From contig JBHHXN010000139.1 in assembly GCA_046757025.1 (NCBI GenBank), positions 1 through 13,858 on the forward strand: DNA of 13,858 bases, read 5' to 3'. A model generated the notes under the pieces. That model had not been told where the DNA came from, searched no databases, and saw only the letters and a program-made list of their open reading frames with translations. Made by a program: the position numbers and the translations under genes. Source of the DNA: a bacterium (GTDB lineage Bacteria; Zhuqueibacterota; Zhuqueibacteria; Oceanimicrobiales; Oceanimicrobiaceae). Positions 7,371 through 13,858 of this stretch are shown here, piece after piece (the first letter of the stretch is position 1; the number at the start of each line of letters is the position of its first letter).

Positions 7371-8735
7371 ATGCTTAAAACCCTGCCGAAATATATCATT
7401 CGAGAGCATATTGGACCGTTTTTTTTAGCGCTCATAACCATAAAATTATTGTTCATTTTAAATTTGTTATATCGGGATTTGGGTAAATTTTTAAGTAAAG
7501 GAGTATCCTTATCCGTCATTTTAGAATTTTTGTATTTGAATCTGGCTTGGATGATCGCGCTTTCTGTGCCCATGGCGGTGCTCACCGCCACCATTATGGC
7601 GTTTGGAAGACTTTCAGCCGACAATGAAGTGACCGCTATCAAAGCAGGTGGAATAGGGCTGTTCCAGATCCTGCCGCCCGTGATCCTGTTATCGGCGATT
7701 TTAGCCTATTTCTTAATCTGGTTCAACAACAACGTGCTGCCGGATTTCAACCATCGTGCTCGCCTGCTGGCCATGGACATTGCCCGTAAGAAACCGATGA
7801 TCAATCTGGAGGCGGGCGTGATTTTTACCGATATTCCCAATCACAATATTCTGGTCCAAGCAGTGGAGGATCGGGATTCGCTGTCGTATGTGGAAAACAT
7901 TGTCATCAACGACGAAAGCGAATCGCAGCTCATCAAAACCATCATTGCTGAAAAGGGCATTGTGAGATTTCGTCAAAATACTGGCATGCTGGAATTCATG
8001 CTTTTCAACGGCGAAGTTCAGGAGGTGAATATCAAAAACCCATCCACGTTTAAAAAGTTGGAATTTCCGAAACACGTCATCAAAATTGCCATGTCGGATA
8101 TCATTTTAAAAAGAAGTCAGTCCGAATATCGTGGAGATCGGGAAAAAAGCGCCGAGGATCTTCGCAAAGACATTCGAGAAAACCAGAAAAAGATCGTCGA
8201 ACGAGAACAAAAAATTTTGGAAAGAGTCCACAATCACTTCTCAAAATACAACAGCCCGCTGAACGCCAGCCAGAAACTTCTGAAAAACGTCATCTCCAAA
8301 CACCAGCAATTGAAACAGCAAATAAAAATCGATTTGGATATGATCAAAAGTTATAAAAAATCCAGCAACATTTTTGCGGTTGAGCTGCAAAAAAAATATT
8401 CCATTCCGGTGGCGTGTATTGTCTTCATCTTTGTTGGGGCGCCACTGGGCATTGTCATCCGTAAAAGCGGCTGGGCCGCCGGCGCGGGTTTGAGCATCGG
8501 ATTCTTTTTGTTATATTGGGCCTGTCTCATCGGTGGAGAAATTTTAGCAGATCGACGGTTCATCACCCCATTCTGGGCCATGTGGAGCCCCAATCTCATC
8601 GTAGGCAGCGCTGGCGTTTTTCTGATGCTCAAAACCGCGTTTGAGTACAGATGGAAGTGGCAATTAAAATTCACATCAAAATTATTTTATGTTAAAAAAC
8701 CCCCGGCGCATGCCACTTCCCAAATCACATCTTAA
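7371..8735 (+). CDS. lptF: LPS export ABC transporter permease LptF (YjgP/YjgQ family)
   Basis: Starts MLKTLPKYIIREHIGPFFLAL. Three N-terminal TM helices with LSVPMAVLTATIMAFGRLSADNEVTAIKAGGI, a periplasmic beta-jellyroll region, then ELQKKYSIPVACIVFIFVGAPLG and three C-terminal TMs ending WAMWSPNL. First gene of the tandem pair. Confidence 0.9.
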   Translation: MLKTLPKYIIREHIGPFFLALITIKLLFILNLLYRDLGKFLSKGVSLSVILEFLYLNLAWMIALSVPMAVLTATIMAFGRLSADNEVTAIKAGGIGLFQILPPVILLSAILAYFLIWFNNNVLPDFNHRARLLAMDIARKKPMINLEAGVIFTDIPNHNILVQAVEDRDSLSYVENIVINDESESQLIKTIIAEKGIVRFRQNTGMLEFMLFNGEVQEVNIKNPSTFKKLEFPKHVIKIAMSDIILKRSQSEYRGDREKSAEDLRKDIRENQKKIVEREQKILERVHNHFSKYNSPLNASQKLLKNVISKHQQLKQQIKIDLDMIKSYKKSSNIFAVELQKKYSIPVACIVFIFVGAPLGIVIRKSGWAAGAGLSIGFFLLYWACLIGGEILADRRFITPFWAMWSPNLIVGSAGVFLMLKTAFEYRWKWQLKFTSKLFYVKKPPAHATSQITS

Positions 8736-8748
8736 ATCGACATTTGCC

Positions 8749-9825
8749 ATGCGAATTTTAGATTGGTATATACTAAGGCGTTTCGGTCTTACCCTGTTGT
8801 ACGCCATACTTTCTTTTATCCTGATCGTCATCTTCGTGGATCTGGTAGGCAATCTTGGCAAGTTCATCGATAAAGATGTACCAAAGTTTGTCATTGTAAA
8901 ATATTATGTTTTCTATATTCCGTACATTGTGATGCTCGCCCTGCCCATTGCCATGCTTTTGTCCAGTTTGTTCACTCTGGGGCACCTGTCCAAATACAAC
9001 GAGCTGACCGCCATCAAATCGGTGGGAATATCGTTGTACCGAATATTGCTGCCGGTATGGCTTTTCAGCACGCTCATCAGCCTGTCGGCCCTGACGCTCG
9101 GCGAACTTATTGTTCCCGGCGCCAATCAGGAAAAAACCCGAATCGATAAACAGTTTTTGGAGCGATCCAGAAGCCTTACGCCAAACCGTGTCTCCAACAT
9201 TTTCTGGCGGGACAAAATGAACCGAAGGTTGTTTATCGGTCATTATGAAAATCGCCAGAAAGTGGCCCACAAAGTGACCATTCAAAAATATCAGGGCAGT
9301 CAAATTGTCGAGCGCATAGATGCGCCTAAAATGCAATGGCGGGATAGCACCTGGGTTTTGATGAACGGCTACAAACGAACGTTTACCAATAATCAGGAGC
9401 TGGCGGTGCCGTTTGATAGTTATGTCGACCACAACATCGATGTCAGGCCGGAAAAGTTGCTTCAAGTGAGAATTGAGCCGGAGGATATGTCGTTTGCAGA
9501 ATTGCAGACTTTTTCAAAAGAGGTCAAACGCAACGGTGGAGATCCAAATAAATGGCTGGTTGATCTTCACTTTAAAATCTCCATTCCGTTTGCGAATTTT
9601 ATCATGGTGCTGTTCGGAGCGCCGCTGGCCTCCAACAAAAATCGCAGCGGGGCTATTTTCGGATTTATGGTGAGTTTGCTGATCTGTTTCATTTATTACG
9701 GCTCCAACAAATTTGTCCAAACCCTGGGGCACAACGGCATCCTTTCACCCCTGATGTCCGCCTGGACCACCAACGCCGTTTTTTTTGCTGCTGGTTTACT
9801 ACTGACCATCAAAACCCGGAAATAA
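8749..9825 (+). CDS. lptG: LPS export ABC transporter permease LptG (YjgP/YjgQ family)
   Basis: Start re-assigned to ATG 8749 (MRILDWYILRRF, the typical family N-terminus), 13 nt after the lptF stop. Motifs LPIAMLLSSLFTLGHLSKYNELTAIKSVGISLYRI, PEDMSFAEL, LHFKISIPFANFIMVLFGAPL, LSPLMSAW. Confidence 0.9.
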   Translation: MRILDWYILRRFGLTLLYAILSFILIVIFVDLVGNLGKFIDKDVPKFVIVKYYVFYIPYIVMLALPIAMLLSSLFTLGHLSKYNELTAIKSVGISLYRILLPVWLFSTLISLSALTLGELIVPGANQEKTRIDKQFLERSRSLTPNRVSNIFWRDKMNRRLFIGHYENRQKVAHKVTIQKYQGSQIVERIDAPKMQWRDSTWVLMNGYKRTFTNNQELAVPFDSYVDHNIDVRPEKLLQVRIEPEDMSFAELQTFSKEVKRNGGDPNKWLVDLHFKISIPFANFIMVLFGAPLASNKNRSGAIFGFMVSLLICFIYYGSNKFVQTLGHNGILSPLMSAWTTNAVFFAAGLLLTIKTRK

Positions 9826-9827
9826 GC

Positions 9828-11114
9828 TCAAAATCGGAACATCCAATCAAATGCAAAACCCACGCCACGTGGGGAAAACATCCCGCCTTTGCTCGAAATG
9901 GCAAAATCAAGACTGCAAAACGAAAAGTCGAAAGCAAAACCAGCCGCGGCAGAAAATCCGCGCTTGCCACCCAGCGATAAGCCCGCACGCACTGGAAAAA
10001 AGTTAAAATACCGTATTTCTGATCCGAGCGCGATCTCGGGGGTGGTGGATACGCCCGGCGCTTGGCTAAAGCCCTGTCGATAATCCAACGAAAAGGTCAT
10101 TTTACCCATAAAACGTGCCACGCCCATTTTGATTTGAACAGGCAGTCCTGAGGTAAAAGAACCTATCGAAACGGTTTCATCCGAATTCACAACAACAGAA
10201 TCGATTTCGCTTTCTTCAATCTTTTGAACGGTCACAGAATCCCCTTCAAAAGTATAGGTAAAGCGTTCATTGTCGGTGCTCCAGCTAATACGGCTAAAGA
10301 GGTTGGTTAGGCCAAAACTGAATGACCACTGATTGCCCAGGGTCGCAGCGGAACCGATATCCAGAGCCAAGCCGTTGCCTCCCAGGGAATGGTCGATGAC
10401 AATGCGGCCGCTGCTGTGAATGCCGTCGATGTTGGTTAGCACCGAGCTGCGGGCTTCGATCACTTTTCCGTATGCATGCCCCCGCAGGTATTTCACCGAA
10501 GCACCCACGGTGAATTCGCTAAAATAGGGCACTTTAAACGGATAACCACCAGAAAGCGCAAAACTGGAAACGCCCCAGCCTTCGCCGTAGGTATCACCGA
10601 CCTCATACAGCCGGCCAAATTCATTGCCGTTCAAAGCCAGCTCGACAATGTCTTTTGAAAAGGCAATGTCTGATGCGGCCAGCGCCGAAGCGGTGAAAGC
10701 AAAGTTCCGCACAGCAAATCCGAGCGCCTGGACTTCGGTATCAAAATCCACTTTGACGCCTTCGGCCGGAATGCTCGACAAGATGTCTTGCTTGTCTTGT
10801 TGAGAAAGAAAACTGCCGTTATAGAGGTCATACTGTTTTTTGTTAAAACTGTTGTTGTGAAAATTCATACCAACTGAAATTAAATTGAAGCGATAAGTTC
10901 GTTTGGTCGAGAGAGCTAAATTGGCCGGATTCCAAACAGGGGATTCCACGCCGCGTGCCAACGCGGAATAGGCGCCACCCATGGCCATACTGCGAGCATT
11001 AGAAATGCCCGCCTGTGCCGACAAATTGCCAGCCGTGCTCAGGTTCCAGGCTATAAAAGAAATAATCACATAAAAGAATATTGATCTTCTGCTGCACATG
11101 ATATTATTTTCCAC
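9828..11114 (-). CDS. Outer-membrane beta-barrel of the FadL/PorV/DUF5723 (TraF-like annotated) superfamily
   Basis: Signal peptide ending LSA|Q. N-terminal hatch motif ARSMAMGGAYSALARGVESPVWNPANL is typical of FadL/PorV-like barrels. Barrel strands FTVGASVKYLRG, GLALDIG, IALGSEIRY, PVRAGL, and C-terminal Phe (FDWMFRF, BAM signal). Start is GTG 11114 or ATG 11099. Confidence 0.8.
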   Translation of the reverse strand: MENNIMCSRRSIFFYVIISFIAWNLSTAGNLSAQAGISNARSMAMGGAYSALARGVESPVWNPANLALSTKRTYRFNLISVGMNFHNNSFNKKQYDLYNGSFLSQQDKQDILSSIPAEGVKVDFDTEVQALGFAVRNFAFTASALAASDIAFSKDIVELALNGNEFGRLYEVGDTYGEGWGVSSFALSGGYPFKVPYFSEFTVGASVKYLRGHAYGKVIEARSSVLTNIDGIHSSGRIVIDHSLGGNGLALDIGSAATLGNQWSFSFGLTNLFSRISWSTDNERFTYTFEGDSVTVQKIEESEIDSVVVNSDETVSIGSFTSGLPVQIKMGVARFMGKMTFSLDYRQGFSQAPGVSTTPEIALGSEIRYFNFFPVRAGLSLGGKRGFSAAAGFAFDFSFCSLDFAISSKGGMFSPRGVGFAFDWMFRF

Positions 11115-11115
11115 T

Positions 11116-13188
11116 TTAGTCTTGATTAACTTTAATTTTAATTTTGCTGTAGGATTTAATCTGCAAGTAATCCGAAGCGCGTACTTTCACATACTGGCCA
11201 TCGGTACCCTCCAGATTGACCCGGACTCCCGAATACAGCGGGGTCATCAAAAAGGTGCGCATTTCTTCTTCTGTCAACGAAAAGGTGATGACGCCATCCA
11301 TGGCCTGATCCACGTAACCGCTGCCGTTCACCTGAGCGGCGTCGGCTTGCAAAGGACCGATTCTTAAATTTGGCGACGTAAAAAGAGTAGAGTCTTTCTG
11401 GCAAAACAGGATCTCCACACTGGCGCCCAGAGGTAAATGATTGGAAATTTCCGCGTAAAAAGTCCCCGATGACAAATTCTCGATAATGTCTTTTTTGACG
11501 TCGTCTTCGATTTCCAGTTCATTGACATCCGAATCCACGGTTTGCGGTGGTAGTTTCAGTGCAATCGGCGCAGACACCCGCACTTCGCCATCGACGAAAT
11601 CCTTCGATGAAACCGTACCAACCCAGTTATCATCGCGAATGGTTACCTTACCATCGATGCGGATGGTTGAAGGCAAAATGCTGATAAAATCATTGATATT
11701 GCTGTTCTGACTGTTTAAAACGATAACCGTGGTCACCGGCGAGCTCGGCTGTAATGCCGGCTGCAAATCTGCATTGACATTCAAATATGAGGTGGCACCG
11801 GCATCGTTTCTCCCTTCGATCACAAATCGAATATGAGCAGGGAAATTGATAGCGTTGTGCAATTTCAGCTCCAGCTCTGCGGTTTCAAAAAAGATGCTGT
11901 CCAGATCCGCCGGTATTTCGAAATCGATCTCTTCCTGATTCACCTCAATTTCTTGATTGCCGATTTTACCCGTTACTGAGGAAAAAGAGACTTCCGTGAC
12001 GTGCAATTGTGTGTTCACATCATCGGTGGCGCGCACCAGTACCTGCTCGTTGCCGGTATCGATGGTTCGTATGGTCCAATGGTAGCGGATCATCTGCTCG
12101 CCAAAATTGGCCAGTTGCGGTTTCAAATAATATCCGGATAAATCGATCACGATATTTTCATGGGTGTTTCTCCGGACAAAAGACGAATCCTTTAACGAAA
12201 AGCCACTGGGGGTTTGAAAATCCGGCAGCTCATAGATGACCCAGGCATCGATGGGCAGTTTGCCGCCCAGATCCAGAACAATCGAACCCTGTTCGACGCG
12301 CGCCTCCATGATAACCAGCGAATCAGTAACCGTAATGTTATCGTGATTTGAAACGATTTGCTGTGGAATCTCAGCCAACGCTTCTCGGGCTTCGATTTCG
12401 CTGATTTCAGCCATCACTTCAAAATTGCTGTATGCATCAATGTAAACGTCTTTACCGTCGCTGCCCGGGGAATTTCCTCGCAGGCGAATGGCCAGTTGAT
12501 TCGATATTTTCTTGCTATTCAGATCCAAAATTAACTGGTCGCTTTGACCCGGCAAAATTTGACCAACATCGCCCGAAGAGGTGATTAACGTATCCGATAT
12601 CGCATCCCAAAGCTCGACGATCAATGGCGCCCCAAGCGGGATGACCAGTTGGTTGGCCACTTGAATCTGAATTTTTCCTGAGTCAATCATAGCGTAGGAG
12701 AATCCGTCGTAGGCATCCAGCGTTTTTTTATTGGTGGCAAAACTGAATGCGCCAACCACGACGATCTGGCCGTGTAAATTTTCTGCCTGAGAATAAATTT
12801 CTCGCAATTCCACAAAAGTGTTTTCGGAGCCCGGAGAATCGACGGTAAAAGAACCCAGATCCAGCGTAAAATTATCCTGTTTTTCTTCCATGTTCAGTTG
12901 ATCGCCCACGGTGTAGGCATCCAATTCCGAAGTCTCCTCAAAATATAAGCCGCCGTTGTTGTCCAACTTGATGGCCTCTTCGTCATCGGCAATTTCCGAC
13001 ATGGTGTAAACTTTACTCACCAGCGGAATGGCGACCTCCACTTCCCAGGAAGGTGCGCTGGGTTTATCAAACGAGCAACGTGTAAAACTAAACAGTACCG
13101 CCAGCATAAAAAAATAACCCCATGATCGCCTGATTCGGTTTGTCGTTTGTCTGTACACTTCGTTTTTAAATTGAATATTTTTACGCAT
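11116..13188 (-). CDS. Large predicted lipoprotein with tandem beta-rich repeats, function unknown
   Basis: 690-aa ORF with SD GAGGT 5 nt upstream. Basic n-region, hydrophobic WGYFFMLAVLFSF, Cys38 followed by SFDKPSAPSWEVEVAIPL. Acidic, beta-strand-patterned body. The stop lies 1 nt from the barrel GTG start. Confidence 0.8.
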   Translation of the reverse strand: MRKNIQFKNEVYRQTTNRIRRSWGYFFMLAVLFSFTRCSFDKPSAPSWEVEVAIPLVSKVYTMSEIADDEEAIKLDNNGGLYFEETSELDAYTVGDQLNMEEKQDNFTLDLGSFTVDSPGSENTFVELREIYSQAENLHGQIVVVGAFSFATNKKTLDAYDGFSYAMIDSGKIQIQVANQLVIPLGAPLIVELWDAISDTLITSSGDVGQILPGQSDQLILDLNSKKISNQLAIRLRGNSPGSDGKDVYIDAYSNFEVMAEISEIEAREALAEIPQQIVSNHDNITVTDSLVIMEARVEQGSIVLDLGGKLPIDAWVIYELPDFQTPSGFSLKDSSFVRRNTHENIVIDLSGYYLKPQLANFGEQMIRYHWTIRTIDTGNEQVLVRATDDVNTQLHVTEVSFSSVTGKIGNQEIEVNQEEIDFEIPADLDSIFFETAELELKLHNAINFPAHIRFVIEGRNDAGATSYLNVNADLQPALQPSSPVTTVIVLNSQNSNINDFISILPSTIRIDGKVTIRDDNWVGTVSSKDFVDGEVRVSAPIALKLPPQTVDSDVNELEIEDDVKKDIIENLSSGTFYAEISNHLPLGASVEILFCQKDSTLFTSPNLRIGPLQADAAQVNGSGYVDQAMDGVITFSLTEEEMRTFLMTPLYSGVRVNLEGTDGQYVKVRASDYLQIKSYSKIKIKVNQD

Positions 13189-13193
13189 ATTTT

Positions 13194-13198
13194 ACCTC
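13194..13198 (-). promoter_or_regulatory. Shine-Dalgarno site of the lipoprotein gene
   Basis: Minus strand GAGGT-AAAAT-ATG. Confidence 0.6.
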
Positions 13199-13858
13199 AT
13201 ATCCAAAGGACAGTTTTTCGAATAGGTCAAGATTTGATTCTAATACTTCGGTAAAATCAAGCGTTTTCTTTAAATTGTTTACATTTATATATAAGGCTCA
13301 TTTTATGACCAACTTCTGTATTTGGCCCAGTAGGAGCGGAAGGTTTTAAGTAGCAAGTCTCTGCAAAATCCGAGCGTCCAACAGGAGGACGCATTTATAG
13401 GCCGCCCTGAAGGGTATAAAATCCGCAGGATAAACTAACAACACTTCTCCGATAATCGAACAAAGGACAGTACCGCTAATATTTTGAGGTGTCGGTTTTG
13501 AACAACGAAACGCTCTTTCCGTCTTAACCAATAACCGAAGTTCCTGAAAACTCAATAACCTTCTGCTATCTCGTGAGTTTCATCTTTTCGTGGTAATTTT
13601 TTCTCTATATGATTAAGACACATTTATGCTCTGTTCATATCATTAATTCTATGAATTTTGGTTCTAAATCATTTTAAAATTGAATTTCAGCAGCGGTCAT
13701 TAAAATTCTATTTTAAAAGTCTCAAAAAATATTTGAAAATGGTTGAAAATCTAAAATGGGAATCGTGGTAAAGTCGGTGGCAAACAGGTACCCAAAACGT
13801 GCGCAATTATAGTATTACTTCTGAACTTTTGCATTTTTTTACAAGAAAATGGCTAAAT

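Noticed and set aside
8689..8748. Extended LptG N-terminus from ATG 8689
   Set aside because: It overlaps lptF by 47 nt. The family-typical N-terminus begins at ATG 8749.
7358..9732. Antisense and alternate-frame ORFs over lptF/lptG, including the 230-aa ORF at 8773-9465
   Set aside because: Fully overlap conserved permease genes and have implausible composition.
11075..11099. Tat signal (SRRSIF) on the barrel, and RR in the lipoprotein n-region
   Set aside because: Poor match to S/T-R-R-x-F-L-K, and beta-barrel proteins are exported unfolded by Sec.
9828..11114. Conjugation gene (TraF) or a definite porV call
   Set aside because: No T4SS/relaxase context. The hatch motif is shared across the FadL/PorV/DUF5723 superfamily and does not establish orthology.
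13362..13431. c-di-GMP-I (GEMM) riboswitch, suggested by GCAAA...GGACGCA
   Set aside because: Lacks the GNRA tetraloop stem and the downstream receptor/P3 consensus.
13346..13555. 69-aa ORF on - strand
   Set aside because: TTG start, no recognisable motifs, and it overlaps the hairpin cluster.
13849..13858. Possible start of a divergent gene (ATG GCT AAA)
   Set aside because: Only three codons are visible at the window edge, so it cannot be supported.

Overview
Outer-membrane biogenesis locus, most likely from a non-Bacteroidota member of the FCB group (KSB1/Calditrichota-like; the taxonomy is inference only). There are five credible genes. A 2077-aa SprA/Sov-type type IX secretion translocon homologue (minus strand) is transcribed divergently from an lptF-lptG LPS-export permease pair. 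Converging on lptG is a tightly coupled two-gene unit: a 690-aa predicted lipoprotein built from four cryptic ~135-aa beta-rich repeats, followed by a FadL/PorV/DUF5723-like outer-membrane beta-barrel. The non-coding segments are unusually structured. Downstream of sprA, two 32-nt REP-like direct repeats (58-89, 468-499) bracket a chain of hairpins, including one built from inverted heptamer triplets. The sprA/lptF spacer holds two perfect palindromes of identical architecture (TCRCAA-N3-TTGYGA). No rRNA, tRNA, CRISPR array or transposase is visible.
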